62,719 bases of DNA from Polyangiaceae bacterium. GTDB taxonomy: Bacteria; Myxococcota_A; Polyangia; Polyangiales; Polyangiaceae. Positions 1 through 10,419 of the stretch are shown one piece after another. The notes beneath the pieces are model-generated. The model saw nothing but the letters and a program-made list of their open reading frames with translations, searched no databases and was not told where the DNA came from. The DNA is taken from NCBI GenBank assembly GCA_033763455.1, contig JANRKO010000051.1, positions 1 to 62,719 of the forward strand. The letters run 5' to 3'. A program made the position numbers and the translations under genes. The first letter of the stretch is position 1. Every line of letters begins with the position of its first letter.

Positions 1-135
1 ACCATTTGGCCAAGACCTGCGCGATGTTTCCTCCGAACGCAATTCCAATAAACACAAACCGAAGAGCCGGATGCGGGAAATTCGCAAGTCCGGTTCTGTA
101 AGGAGCACCGGGTGGCAACACCCGGTGTTTACTTG

Positions 136-591
136 ATGAGCCGCTTGCTCCTTGTCGAGGATTACCCGCCGTTGGCGAAGGTTGTGGCAATCGGCTTGCA
201 GCGGCTAGGCCACGAGGTCGAGCGCGCAGGGAACCTGGAGCGGGCCAAGCAGTTCGCTGGGCCTTTTGATCTGGCGATCTTGGACTTGGAATTACCGGAT
301 GGTGATGGTGTAGAGCTTGCCGGGTTCCTCTTCGAAAAGGGCACTGTTGCCCAGGTGGTGTTCTTCACGGCCTCCCGGGATGCAGCACTTCGCAGCGCCG
401 CGCTGGAGTTCGGGCCCATCGTGGAAAAGGATCGCGGGACGGAGGAGCTCAGCCGCAAGGTGGTTGAGCTGTTGCAAATGTTGCAAATATCGAGGGAAGC
501 GGTCGCCGTAGGTGCTGAAGTCAACCCTGTTGACGGGGCGCCACGAACGTCGCGGAAGTTTTCAGGCTTGCGTCGCAAGGTCGACGGCTGA
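136..591 (+). CDS. Response regulator receiver-domain protein
   Basis: RLLLVEDY...[15 protein letters not shown]...FFTA receiver motifs. Start at ATG 136 or GTG 112. Confidence 0.85.
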   Translation: MSRLLLVEDYPPLAKVVAIGLQRLGHEVERAGNLERAKQFAGPFDLAILDLELPDGDGVELAGFLFEKGTVAQVVFFTASRDAALRSAALEFGPIVEKDRGTEELSRKVVELLQMLQISREAVAVGAEVNPVDGAPRTSRKFSGLRRKVDG

Positions 592-604
592 TTTCATCTC
601 GCTC

Positions 605-1504
605 ATGAAAAAGCTCACGGCCATTGAACTCGGCAAGAGGAAAGGCGTCGGGCCGAAGATAGCCGCACTCACGGCGTACGACGCGACGATGGCTCGGCTC
701 TTGGATGCCGGCGGCGCTGACATCTTGTTGGTTGGGGATTCTCTGGGGATGGTTGTGCAAGGCCTATCCAACACGCTCCAGGTTACGGTGGATGATATTT
801 GCTACCACGCCCGCGCTGTTGCCCGCGGGGCAGAGCGAGCCCACGTGGTGGGCGATTTGCCATTCATGAGCTACCAGGAGAGTCCGGAGCAAGCGGTGAG
901 GAACGCAGGGCGCCTGGTGAAGGAAGGTGCGTGCGAAGCCGTGAAGCTAGAGGGCGGCCAAGTTGTGGCGGAACATGTGCGTCGTATCGTGGCTTGTGGC
1001 ATTCCAGTAATGGGGCACATTGGGTTAACGCCACAGTCCATCCATGCCATGGGTGGTTTTCGCGTGCAAGGCAAGTCCGCATCGGAAGCAGAGCGCTTGC
1101 TTCAAGATGCGCAAGCTTTAGAACAAGCGGGCGCGTATAGCTTGGTCTTAGAGGGCGTGCCCGCTGAATTGGCAGAACGAATCACTCAAAGGGTGCGTAT
1201 CCCCACGATCGGAATCGGTGCCGGCCCGGCTTGTGATGGCCAGGTGCTCGTATGTTACGATTTTCTCGGAATGTACCGCGGGCTGCAGCCCAAGTTCGTG
1301 AAACGCTTCGCCGAGCTTGGTGCTCTCATTGTCCAGGCTACCCAGAGCTACGTGAATGAGGTCGCGGCAGGTAAATTCCCTGCCGATGAGCACACCTTCA
1401 AAGCTCCTGCCGGGCTTCTGGGGGAATTGAGCGGCACAGTGCCTGTGGTGGGCCAAGCCAAGCCACCTGAAGGCTACGGACCAAATACGGACGAAAATTC
1501 CTGA
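605..1504 (+). CDS. panB: 3-methyl-2-oxobutanoate hydroxymethyltransferase
   Basis: [29 protein letters not shown] and GIGAG motifs. ATG 605 chosen as start. Confidence 0.96.
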   Translation: MKKLTAIELGKRKGVGPKIAALTAYDATMARLLDAGGADILLVGDSLGMVVQGLSNTLQVTVDDICYHARAVARGAERAHVVGDLPFMSYQESPEQAVRNAGRLVKEGACEAVKLEGGQVVAEHVRRIVACGIPVMGHIGLTPQSIHAMGGFRVQGKSASEAERLLQDAQALEQAGAYSLVLEGVPAELAERITQRVRIPTIGIGAGPACDGQVLVCYDFLGMYRGLQPKFVKRFAELGALIVQATQSYVNEVAAGKFPADEHTFKAPAGLLGELSGTVPVVGQAKPPEGYGPNTDENS

Positions 1505-1508
1505 TCCT

Positions 1509-2396
1509 ATGAGTGCAAGCATTCTGAGAGTCCCGAGCGAACTTCAACTCCGTTGCGATGAGCATCGTGCGCGTGGGCTAACGCTTGGGCTCGTTCCCAC
1601 CATGGGTGCGCTGCATGAAGGCCACTTGGCGCTGGTGAAGGAGGCTCGGGAGCACGCATCTTTGGTGGTGGTCACCATCTTTGTGAACCCCACACAGTTT
1701 GGGCCCAATGAGGACTTTCAGAAGTACCCACGCGATACCGCAGGGGACATTCGGAAATGCGAACAGGCGGGCGCTGGGCTGATTTTTACGCCCGATGTTG
1801 CCGATATGTACCCCAAAGGAGATGCTACGCGAGTACAGGTTCATGGCTTAACGGAGTACCTGTGCGGTCCGTTGCGGCCCGGGCACTTTGAGGGGGTCGC
1901 GACGATCGTTACAAAGCTCTTCGCATTGGTGGGGCGCTCGGTGGCGGTCTTTGGTCGAAAAGATTACCAGCAGGTGAAGGTCATCGAACGCCTGGTGGCG
2001 GATCTGATGCTGCCGGTAAAAATTGTCACGCACCCTACCGTGCGCGAGACAGATGGTTTGGCGCTGAGCTCACGCAACGCGTACCTTTCTGCCGATGAGA
2101 GGGAACGCGCTCGGGTAATTCCACAGGCTCTCTCGCACGCGATTCAGCAACATGGCGCAGGGCTGCGGTCGGCTTCCGCACTTCGGGAGAACGTGCAAGC
2201 TCTGCTCACGAAGGCAGGCCTCAGGGTGGATTACGTGAGTGTGGCCGACCCCGAAACGTTGGTGCCTGTGTCGGAAAACGCAGATGTTCCGGATACAGCG
2301 TTATTGGCAGTGGCTGCTTTTTGCGGCAAGACGCGCCTGATCGACAACGTGGTGTTAGGGCGTGATGCGCCGCCAGTGGCGGGAGGTTCGGTGTGA
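1509..2396 (+). CDS. panC: Pantoate--beta-alanine ligase
   Basis: VPTMGALHEGH, IFVNPTQF, RPGHF, FGRKDYQQ, GLALSSRN and RLIDN motifs. Follows panB. Confidence 0.96.
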   Translation: MSASILRVPSELQLRCDEHRARGLTLGLVPTMGALHEGHLALVKEAREHASLVVVTIFVNPTQFGPNEDFQKYPRDTAGDIRKCEQAGAGLIFTPDVADMYPKGDATRVQVHGLTEYLCGPLRPGHFEGVATIVTKLFALVGRSVAVFGRKDYQQVKVIERLVADLMLPVKIVTHPTVRETDGLALSSRNAYLSADERERARVIPQALSHAIQQHGAGLRSASALRENVQALLTKAGLRVDYVSVADPETLVPVSENADVPDTALLAVAAFCGKTRLIDNVVLGRDAPPVAGGSV

Positions 2397-3052
2397 GCAC
2401 GCCTCTACCCGGTTATTTCATCGTGTTGGAGGGTTTGGATGGTTCCGGCACTACTACCCAATCGAGCCTCCTGTGTGCCGAGCTTGAGCGGCAGAATTTC
2501 CCCACTACACGTACCTTCGAACCCAGCGCCGGCCCGGTGGGGCAGCTGATTCGCCAAGCCCTTCAGCACCGCCTCGTGGCGCCCACGGGTGCACCTCATG
2601 CGTTGGATTGGACGGCGCTCGCACTCCTGTTCGCCGCTGATCGCATGGACCATCTGCATTCAACGGTACTGCCGGCGTTGGCAGCCGGGCGCGTGGTGGT
2701 GAGTGATCGCTATCGTCTCTCTAGCTTCATCTATCAGTCGCTGACGGCGGCCGATGAAGGCGACGCGCTCACTTGGGTAAAGGCGCTGAATGGGCACTCG
2801 CGCACGCCTGATCTTACGGTAGTTCTGGGAGTCTCAGCAGAAGAAGCGGAACGGCGCCGGGCGGCCCGTGGCGGAGAACGCGAGCTGTTCGAAGTGAGCT
2901 CATTCCAGGCGCGCCTCGCCCAGGCCTATTTAGAGGCGGAGCGCTTTGCCCCCGAAGATCACGTGGTGCACGTTTCTGCGGAGGGCCCGGTCGAGGCCGT
3001 GACGGATCGCATCTTGGACGTTGTTCGGGCCGCCTTGCCGCTCCTTGGGTAG
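2393..3052 (+). CDS. tmk: Thymidylate kinase
   Basis: FIVLEGLDGSGTTT, LLFAADR, VVSDRY and PDLT motifs. 4-nt GTGA overlap with panC. Confidence 0.9.
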   Translation: MSTPLPGYFIVLEGLDGSGTTTQSSLLCAELERQNFPTTRTFEPSAGPVGQLIRQALQHRLVAPTGAPHALDWTALALLFAADRMDHLHSTVLPALAAGRVVVSDRYRLSSFIYQSLTAADEGDALTWVKALNGHSRTPDLTVVLGVSAEEAERRRAARGGERELFEVSSFQARLAQAYLEAERFAPEDHVVHVSAEGPVEAVTDRILDVVRAALPLLG

Positions 3053-3095
3053 TTTTGTTTTGCCCCGGGTGCGAGTTCTCGGTGATACTGCCGCC

Positions 3096-3599
3096 GTGCG
3101 CGCACAAGTACTTATTCTCACGGGATGTTGGTTGTTGGGTTGTGCGGGGGCAGCACCGCCAGTAGCCGTTTCAGCTCCACCGCCGAAGGTAGAGGCTACC
3201 GCCCCTCTGCCAGAAGCGCCGGCAAAGCCGCCCGAGGGAGCCCTTTGGCGCGATGACGTGGTGAGTACCGTCAATGCGGGGCTCGGGCGTTTCCTGCAGC
3301 ACGTTGCTGTAGAGGCTAAGCTGGAAGACGGCGCCTTTCGCGGCTTTCAAATCGTGGCGCTTCAGCCCGAGAGCTTCTGGCGCGGAGCGGATCTTCAAAC
3401 AGGGGATGTGGTCACGGCCGTCAATGGCATGCCGATCGAGCGGGAAACGCAGGCATTCGATGCCTTTCAGTCTCTAAAGAGCGCGAAAGAGCTAGTCGTG
3501 AGCTACCGGCGCGGGAGCGAAGCGCGCGAGCTCAAGTACAAGATCGTCGAGAAACCTGGCGTCGCCGCTGCACCTGCCGCTCCGACCCCCAAAAAGTGA
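3096..3599 (+). CDS. PDZ-domain lipoprotein (GspC-like PDZ region)
   Basis: Lipobox-like LLGC, Pro-rich linker, PDZ-like LQTGDVVTAVNG. GTG 3096 chosen as start. Confidence 0.6.
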   Translation: MRAQVLILTGCWLLGCAGAAPPVAVSAPPPKVEATAPLPEAPAKPPEGALWRDDVVSTVNAGLGRFLQHVAVEAKLEDGAFRGFQIVALQPESFWRGADLQTGDVVTAVNGMPIERETQAFDAFQSLKSAKELVVSYRRGSEARELKYKIVEKPGVAAAPAAPTPKK

Positions 3600-3633
3600 A
3601 GCAGAAGAGGGCGGAATCTAGCACGGCCGTTCG

Positions 3634-4770
3634 CTAGGAGTTTTCGATCAGAAACCCCGCGAGGGAATCGAGCTCTTCGTGGAAGCGCGCGCGTGTAAAA
3701 TCGGCGCCGCTCGTCATCCAATCCACGTGTTGGCCGGGGCGCACGTCGTCGTGAAAGTGGCCCAATACGTCCAAATGGTCGCCCTCGCCTGCCCAGAGCA
3801 GCTTACCCCAGAGCATGCTCAGCGTGGGAATAATGCCGTCGTTTTCCGTGTCAGCAAGGCTTCGTCCGAGGCTGCGCTCAAGGACCTCCGCTTGCTGCGA
3901 GGTGAGCTTGGCGTAGTTGTAGCTCGCCGGGCGCTGACACGTGAATTGGTAGAGTGTCGAGTAGATGGTCGCCGTCAACGCGGCATAGGGTGACCGGATC
4001 CGCGCTGCCATGCGCAATGAACGCGGGCGCGGCGCAAGCCCGGCGATGGAGCCGTACGCCACGTGTTCTGCATCGCGTGTGGTCGCATTAAAGAGGTCCA
4101 TTGCCTCAGGCATGATCTGGATGATGGCACCTTGATCCACGCGCACTTTGCTTAAAAAGCTTACGATTTCTGTGCGGCCATCCCGATCGACAAACCGAAG
4201 TACTGAATCGGTGACCTTGCTGAACAGCTTCAGATCTTGACCGAAGAGCGAATCGATACCGCCGAGGCCAGAGAGGAGGCGTGAAAACACCGCTAAGGAA
4301 GGCTCACCCACGGAAAGCGACACCACCGTAAAGAGGCTCAGCGCATACAACATGCGCGCTCCGGAGACTGTCGTGAAGTAACTGGCGAGGGGTGTTCCGT
4401 AGTGCGGTGTGTTGATTGACACAGCCGTTCGCACGCGCGAGCGCCAGGCGAGCGCTTCCTCTGGAAGTTGGAGGTCCGCCGTCGGGCACAAAACGAGGCG
4501 AGCGTCCAACCCACCGGTGGAGTGACCGATCAGATGAATAGGATCGCCATTGGAGCCGGAGGTTTCGCGGAGCGTCTTTGCGAGGATCTTGGCGCGGTGG
4601 CGCACCGAAGACGTGGGGGGGCTCGGGACGTCATCGACGGAGACACGCAGACCCGCGGCCGCGAAGCGCCGTTCGAGCCCCGTACGCATGTGGTGGAAGT
4701 AGTCGTAACCGGCGAGGCGTCCGAAGCCAAACATGCCTGGTATGAAGTAGACGCGGTGCAGAACGCTCAT
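3634..4770 (-). CDS. Lipase-like alpha/beta hydrolase
   Basis: IHLIGHSTGGLDAR nucleophile elbow, NTPHYGT, NDGIIP and DHLDVLGH motifs. Confidence 0.85.
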   Translation of the reverse strand: MSVLHRVYFIPGMFGFGRLAGYDYFHHMRTGLERRFAAAGLRVSVDDVPSPPTSSVRHRAKILAKTLRETSGSNGDPIHLIGHSTGGLDARLVLCPTADLQLPEEALAWRSRVRTAVSINTPHYGTPLASYFTTVSGARMLYALSLFTVVSLSVGEPSLAVFSRLLSGLGGIDSLFGQDLKLFSKVTDSVLRFVDRDGRTEIVSFLSKVRVDQGAIIQIMPEAMDLFNATTRDAEHVAYGSIAGLAPRPRSLRMAARIRSPYAALTATIYSTLYQFTCQRPASYNYAKLTSQQAEVLERSLGRSLADTENDGIIPTLSMLWGKLLWAGEGDHLDVLGHFHDDVRPGQHVDWMTSGADFTRARFHEELDSLAGFLIENS

Positions 4771-4926
4771 GCTGTTCGGGAGGCCAGTGGGGCATTCTCT
4801 ATACCACTTACACTGCGCGGGCCTCAAACTTGTTGTGGCCGCGAAACGAGTACAAAATGGCTTTCCAATCCGCGTGGCTCCAGCCACCGACGCGCGAACC
4901 CGGCCCCTCCTGTCGAAGCGATGCGC

Positions 4927-5769
4927 CTACTCGCGAATTTCAATCGGCAAAGTAACTTGAAAGTCGAAGCTGAGCTCGCCCGCTTGGCGCGCCAATGGGA
5001 GCGTACGGATCCGATGCAGCGATAGCCGCCCAGCCCCTCGCGTCGTGGCATGAGCCGCCACGGTGCCGGCACCGAGATCATCGCGGAAGGCGCAGACGAC
5101 GCCACCTTCGGCGCCCGCCAGCTCGACCAACACGGTGTCGTTCGGATCGCCCTCTTCCCAGCTTACGTCAAGCGGTGCTGATGCGGACACATGTGCGACG
5201 CTTTCCAGAGCCTGGCCGCCGACATTGATGCCACCGAGCAGCTTGGGCGCGGAGCCTGTGGCTTCGAAACCTGAAAACTGGCCGCCCAACGCGCGCACCG
5301 AGTACTGGCGATCAGCGGGTAAGAGCAACTCATCTTGATCGCGCGACGTGTAGATAACGCCGGAAATCAGGTCCGCCACAGTGGGCAATGCGCGCGGCGC
5401 TAACGACCTTCGCGCCCCAGCCACATCTATGACGACATCCCCGGCGTCCACAAATTCGAGAGCCCCGCGAGCCTGCTCAGCTCGAGGAAAGTGCACGCAT
5501 TGATTCAGCTCGGGCATCGCCGTGCCGAGCGCACCGAGGCTTCTTGCGGAAGCTTGCTGCCCGGGCTGGAGGCGAGCGAAGCCAACGACCGCTTGGGCGC
5601 GCGGAGCTTCGTGACCGTTAACTATGGTGCTCCTCTCCACGGCGATGAGCGCGTAGCTCTTCTCGACATGCGAATCGACCGGGCCCTGCTGGGCGTCCAC
5701 GGAACACCCGAGCGCGCTCAGACCAAGGATGCTGAGGGCCGCTGCGGCGAGGGGGAGAAAACGACTCAC
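4927..5769 (-). CDS. Hypothetical lipoprotein
   Basis: Hydrophobic signal ending ALGC. GTG 5769 lies downstream of TTGCAG-N17-TAGCCT. Confidence 0.65.
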   Translation of the reverse strand: MSRFLPLAAAALSILGLSALGCSVDAQQGPVDSHVEKSYALIAVERSTIVNGHEAPRAQAVVGFARLQPGQQASARSLGALGTAMPELNQCVHFPRAEQARGALEFVDAGDVVIDVAGARRSLAPRALPTVADLISGVIYTSRDQDELLLPADRQYSVRALGGQFSGFEATGSAPKLLGGINVGGQALESVAHVSASAPLDVSWEEGDPNDTVLVELAGAEGGVVCAFRDDLGAGTVAAHATTRGAGRLSLHRIRTLPLARQAGELSFDFQVTLPIEIRE

Positions 5770-5871
5770 GGCATCTAGGCTAAGCTGGCCGGGTGGTTGC
5801 TGCAAGGCAGGGACATCCCTTAGGGAGTGACAAGCCCGTGGCAATCTTGAAGGTCCGGGGCTAAGGTCCGC

Positions 5872-6471
5872 GTGCTTTTCATGCTTTCTGCTTTTCGTGG
5901 TTCGTGGCTCGTGGTGCTGCTTCTGGTGGGTTGCTCCCCCAAAATTGGGGACAAGTGCGATTTGTCCACCGATTGTTCAAGCGCTGGGGACCGCTTGTGT
6001 GACCCTACGCAGCCCGGTGGCTACTGTACGATATTTAATTGCGAGCCCGGCGGGTGCCCTGAGGAATCAGTGTGCGTCGCGTTCAAACGCTCGGTATCAG
6101 CAGCGGAAGGCTGCCCTGAAGGCGATACGCGCCTGCAGCGGACGTTCTGTATGGCCAACTGCGAGAGCAATTCCGATTGTCGCTCGGGGTACGAATGCCT
6201 CGATCTGAGCGCTGCCAATAACGGTATCGGTGCCACAGTGGTGGAACGTGGCTCCTTCTCGGGCAAGGTGTGCGCAGTTCCAGCAAGTGGTCCCCCTTCG
6301 GTGGTGATGGGGACCCCAGGGGTATGTTTGGGTAACACCCAGCCTTTTGTTTATCCACCCGCAGTCGGGGCTGGTGGCGCCGGGGTGGCCGGTGCCTCCG
6401 GAGCAGGGGCGGGCAGTGCGGGTGTCGCCCAAGGCGGCCAAGCTGCTTCGGCGGGCTCCGCTGGGCGCTAG
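5872..6471 (+). CDS. Cys-rich lipoprotein
   Basis: LVGC lipobox, many Cys (PGGYCT, CxxNSDCRSGYEC), Gly/Ala tail. Confidence 0.7.
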   Translation: MLFMLSAFRGSWLVVLLLVGCSPKIGDKCDLSTDCSSAGDRLCDPTQPGGYCTIFNCEPGGCPEESVCVAFKRSVSAAEGCPEGDTRLQRTFCMANCESNSDCRSGYECLDLSAANNGIGATVVERGSFSGKVCAVPASGPPSVVMGTPGVCLGNTQPFVYPPAVGAGGAGVAGASGAGAGSAGVAQGGQAASAGSAGR

Positions 6472-6486
6472 CGTCAGGTTCCGATC

Positions 6487-7521
6487 GTGTTTGCGTTGAG
6501 CCCACTTCCGAGGACGCTCGAAGCGGCCCTTCGTGATGTGCATGATAAGAAGGTGCCTGTGAGGCGCTCGGCGTTAGCCGATCTGCAACGCTACGCCACC
6601 GAACCCGAAGCTCGCGCTGAATTACGCCGCGTGTTGCATCAAGATGCGGCCCCCGTCGTTAGGCGTGAAGTGGCTGCGGCTATGGGGGCTACGGGCCTTA
6701 AGGAGTTCACCGAGGCATTGCTCAGAGCCACGACGGATCCTGCGCTGGAGGTGCGCCAGATGGCCGTGCTAGCTCTCGGTGAAGTGCGTGCTGAGGGTCC
6801 GCAGGTAGTGCGTGCGCTGGAGAAGTTTCTCGATTCGGAGGGGCCAGCTTTTCGCTTCCAATCTTTGCTGGCGCTCAGCCAGATAGCGCCCGCGATCGCG
6901 CGTCCTCATCTGATGAAGGCACTCCGCGATGATGACGTGGAGGTTTCTTACCTGGCGGTGCGGTTGCTTGAGGAAAACTGGCTAAGCGCGTCTCCCATCA
7001 ACGACGATGTGTTGGCTGCCGTGCAGAAGCAAGCTGCGCACTCGAGCCCCCGTGTGCGCCTGGCGGTTGGGTTGGCACTGGTTCGTTGGGTCCCGGAGGT
7101 CGGAGCCAAGCTCTTGGCGGAGATCCTGAACGCGCGTTACAAGATCGTTGATCCAGAAGATGAGCAATCTGCGATTGAACTCTCGGGGGAGCTTTCAATT
7201 TCGGCTGCATTGCCTGGGCTCAGGCGTCGCGCATTTCCACCGCTCTTTATGCCGAAAGGCCCTTTTGCCTGGCATGCCACGGCGAGCCTCGCGCGGTTAG
7301 GTGACGCCCAGGCGAAAGCTGTGATCTTCAGGGGGCTTAGAGCCTTCTTTCGAGATCAGCGCAACTTAGCTGTCGCGGCGGCTGGCGCGGCGCGGCTAGC
7401 GGAAGCGCGGCCCCTGTTGGAAGGGTTGTCCGGCAAGCCCCGTGTGGTGGACCCCGTGACTTTGGAAGAGGCCCTAGCTCAGCTTGGGAGCTATCCCACG
7501 ATCAACCCGCCGTTGCCATAG
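6487..7521 (+). CDS. HEAT-repeat protein
   Basis: Repeated VRxxAxxALG helical motifs. Confidence 0.8.
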   Translation: MFALSPLPRTLEAALRDVHDKKVPVRRSALADLQRYATEPEARAELRRVLHQDAAPVVRREVAAAMGATGLKEFTEALLRATTDPALEVRQMAVLALGEVRAEGPQVVRALEKFLDSEGPAFRFQSLLALSQIAPAIARPHLMKALRDDDVEVSYLAVRLLEENWLSASPINDDVLAAVQKQAAHSSPRVRLAVGLALVRWVPEVGAKLLAEILNARYKIVDPEDEQSAIELSGELSISAALPGLRRRAFPPLFMPKGPFAWHATASLARLGDAQAKAVIFRGLRAFFRDQRNLAVAAAGAARLAEARPLLEGLSGKPRVVDPVTLEEALAQLGSYPTINPPLP

Positions 7522-7554
7522 GCTCGTGGGCAACGCTGGGCTACTCTCCGCTTC

Positions 7555-8904
7555 ATGTCTTTCCCATCCGCCGACCAGGCCCCACGATATTTGGAGTTGC
7601 GGGCGTTGCGTCTACCGGCTGTGTTCGCTCTGACCTTGGCGGTGTTTAGCTGTGGAGAAAAGAGTACTCCGGCGGGGAGCGGGCCAAACAACGCCGGAGG
7701 ATCGAATCACGCTGCTGGAGGTACCCCTGGCGTAGGGGGCAAGGCGTCGGTGACCGGAGGTACATTGAGTGCGTTGGGCGGGAACCCAACCGTTGGAGGA
7801 ACGGGCGGGATGAACGCGATCGGAGGTGGCGGCAACTCATTGGTGGCTGGCGGTGGTGCATTCGCGACGGGTGGCACACCTAACGCTGGCGGTGGAATGG
7901 GCGGCGCTGGACTGGTAACTCCTAACGGAACCCCATTTGTCTTCATCGGCGAAACCGAGGGTGTGGTGCGTGCTTACACCATGAATCCTACCGATGGCTC
8001 GCTGACACCTTCCGGATCCCAGGCCGTGGCTGGGCTTGATTTCATGACCGTAGATGCCGCGCGCAAGGTCGTTTTCATTTCCGGATCAGACAATGTTTCC
8101 GCGTACAAGTACGACTCCAGCAATCACACCTTCACGTTTCTGGACTCTCAGGCATCTACTCAGGGCACGCACGTGGCTGTACACCCGAGTGGAAAGTTCG
8201 TGTTCACGGCGGGTTACAATCCCGGCAAGATGTTCTTTCACACTTTTTCGGAACAAGCTGGCTTTGGTGTCGGGCAGAGCTTTTCGCCCGGCATGAAAGC
8301 GCATGAGGTCCGTTGCTCGGCCTCTGGCAACGTGGTGTACGTTCCGTGCTTGGGGAGCGACCTTGTTCCTCAATATACGTTGGATCCAGTGGGTGGGGCG
8401 CTCTCCGCCAGTGGTACCGCCACGCTTCCACAAGGTAGCGGCCCCAGGCACATGGATTTTCATCCGTCGGCGAACGTCGCGTACGTACTCAGCGAGCTCA
8501 GTAGTCAGGTTTTTGTATTTGATATCGAGGTGCAGTCGGGTGCGTTGCAGGCACGGCCTGCGGATACAGTGTTCACGCATCCCGACGGTCAGTTTCACCA
8601 GAGTAGCGATATTCGCGTTACCCCCAGTGGAGCCTTCGTATACGCGGTCAATCGCCAACCGAATCAGATAGTGCCTTTTAAGGTTGAAGCCAACCACGCA
8701 CTCACTCGGCAAAGCTCGCTTGCATTGAGCGGCGAGGTGCGCGCCTTTGGCGTGGATGCGGCCGGCACGTTCCTTCAGGTTGGGTCCAAAGATGGCAAGC
8801 TTTTGGCATTTCGGATCGACCCGATGAGCGGGGCGCTTACGGAGGCTTCCCGGCTTGAAGGCTTGGGAACCATCAACGTAACAGAAGTGCACTACCTGCA
8901 GTGA
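7555..8904 (+). CDS. Lactonase-family beta-propeller lipoprotein (6-phosphogluconolactonase-like) with Gly-rich linker
   Basis: GSGPRHMDFHPS, YVLSELSS, SDIRVTPSGAFVYAVNR motifs. VFSC lipobox followed by a Gly-rich segment. Confidence 0.85.
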   Translation: MSFPSADQAPRYLELRALRLPAVFALTLAVFSCGEKSTPAGSGPNNAGGSNHAAGGTPGVGGKASVTGGTLSALGGNPTVGGTGGMNAIGGGGNSLVAGGGAFATGGTPNAGGGMGGAGLVTPNGTPFVFIGETEGVVRAYTMNPTDGSLTPSGSQAVAGLDFMTVDAARKVVFISGSDNVSAYKYDSSNHTFTFLDSQASTQGTHVAVHPSGKFVFTAGYNPGKMFFHTFSEQAGFGVGQSFSPGMKAHEVRCSASGNVVYVPCLGSDLVPQYTLDPVGGALSASGTATLPQGSGPRHMDFHPSANVAYVLSELSSQVFVFDIEVQSGALQARPADTVFTHPDGQFHQSSDIRVTPSGAFVYAVNRQPNQIVPFKVEANHALTRQSSLALSGEVRAFGVDAAGTFLQVGSKDGKLLAFRIDPMSGALTEASRLEGLGTINVTEVHYLQ

Positions 8905-8984
8905 TCCTGAGCACGCCGTAAAAGAGCCGGGAGGCACCGTCTCAAATGCTTGTTCTACCCCGCCTTTCGCGCTAGAGCGGCGCC

Positions 8985-10394
8985 ATGAACGCGGAATATG
9001 ATGCAATTGTTTTGGGTGGTGGCCCTGGCGGGTATGTGTGTGCGATTCGCTTGGGGCAGCTTGGGCAGAAGGTGGCCTGCGTTGAAGAGGAAGAGTATGG
9101 CGGCGTTTGCCTGAACTGGGGTTGCATCCCTTCCAAGGCGTTAATCGCAAACGCGCATTTTTTCACCAAAGCTCAAGAGATTGCGAGCCACGGCATTTCA
9201 GTGGAATCCGTGAAGGTGGATCCCAACAAGATGCAGGATTGGAAAAACGGCATCGTGAAGAAGCTCACGGGGGGCGTACGGGGCCTCCTGAAGAGCAACG
9301 GTGCCGAGGTGGTGGAGGGCAGGGGAAAGTTAGTGGCGGCGAATACCATTGAAGTCAAAGCCAAAGATGGCAGCACACGCCGCTTGGTTGCGAAAAAAGG
9401 CATCGTGCTCGCCACAGGCTCGGCCACCATTCAGGTTCCGGGTTTTGAATTTGACGGTCAAAACATCATCGGAGCTCGCGAGGCCGTGAGCTTGCGTAAT
9501 ATTCCAAAGCGGCTGGTGGTTATTGGCGGTGGGGTTATTGGCCTTGAATTAGGCATGGTGTACCAGAGCTTCGGAACAGAGCTCACCGTGGTGGAGCTCA
9601 CGCCCAACCTGTTGCCCGGTACAGATCCCGAGTGCGTTAAGGTAGTAGAGCGCAAAATCACCAAACGCGGCGGCGTTATTCTGAAGAACACTCGTGCGGA
9701 GAGCTGCAAGAAATTGCCCGGCGGTGGCGTTGAAGTAACCGTCGTCGCGGATGGCAAGAGCCAGGTCATCGCGGCCGATCAGGTGTTGGTGGCCGTGGGC
9801 ATGAAGCCGCGCTCGCGGGAGCTTGGGTTGGAGGCGCTGGGAGTTACGATCGATCAACGAGGCTTTGTGCCCACAGATGAGTTTTGCCAAACCAACGTCA
9901 AAGGGATCTACGCCATCGGTGACGTATCGGGTGCGCCCATGCTCGCGCACAAGGCCTCCAAGGAAGGCGAAGTGTGCGCTGAGGTGATAGCAGGGAAGCA
10001 CTCCGCCAAAGATTGGCAGTTCATTCCGGGCATCATCTTTACCGATCCGGAAGTTGCTACCGCCGGCCTCACTGAGGAAGCCGCCAAGCAAGCCGGGTAC
10101 GATGTTGCGACGGGAAAGTTCCCGTTTTCGGTATTGGGTCGAGCCATGAGCATCGGCGAAACCGAAGGCTTTGTGAAAGTGGTGCGAGATACGGCGTCCA
10201 ACCGCGTGCTGGGCGTTCACATCGTGGGGCCCTCGGCGAGCGATCTCATCAGCGAAGCTATACTGGCCCTCGAAATGGTAGCCACCGCCGAAGACGTAGC
10301 GCTGGCTGTGCACCCGCATCCCACGTTGGGTGAAGCTTTGATGGAGGCCGCAGCTGCCTCTATGGGCCACGCCATTCATATCCCAAATCGCTGA
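8985..10394 (+). CDS. lpdA: Dihydrolipoyl dehydrogenase
   Basis: GGGPGGY, GGVCLNWGCIPSK redox disulfide, GGGVIGLE and HPHPTLGE motifs. Confidence 0.96.
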   Translation: MNAEYDAIVLGGGPGGYVCAIRLGQLGQKVACVEEEEYGGVCLNWGCIPSKALIANAHFFTKAQEIASHGISVESVKVDPNKMQDWKNGIVKKLTGGVRGLLKSNGAEVVEGRGKLVAANTIEVKAKDGSTRRLVAKKGIVLATGSATIQVPGFEFDGQNIIGAREAVSLRNIPKRLVVIGGGVIGLELGMVYQSFGTELTVVELTPNLLPGTDPECVKVVERKITKRGGVILKNTRAESCKKLPGGGVEVTVVADGKSQVIAADQVLVAVGMKPRSRELGLEALGVTIDQRGFVPTDEFCQTNVKGIYAIGDVSGAPMLAHKASKEGEVCAEVIAGKHSAKDWQFIPGIIFTDPEVATAGLTEEAAKQAGYDVATGKFPFSVLGRAMSIGETEGFVKVVRDTASNRVLGVHIVGPSASDLISEAILALEMVATAEDVALAVHPHPTLGEALMEAAAASMGHAIHIPNR

Positions 10395-10419
10395 GCGGCA
10401 CGTCGTCGTCATATCCCCC

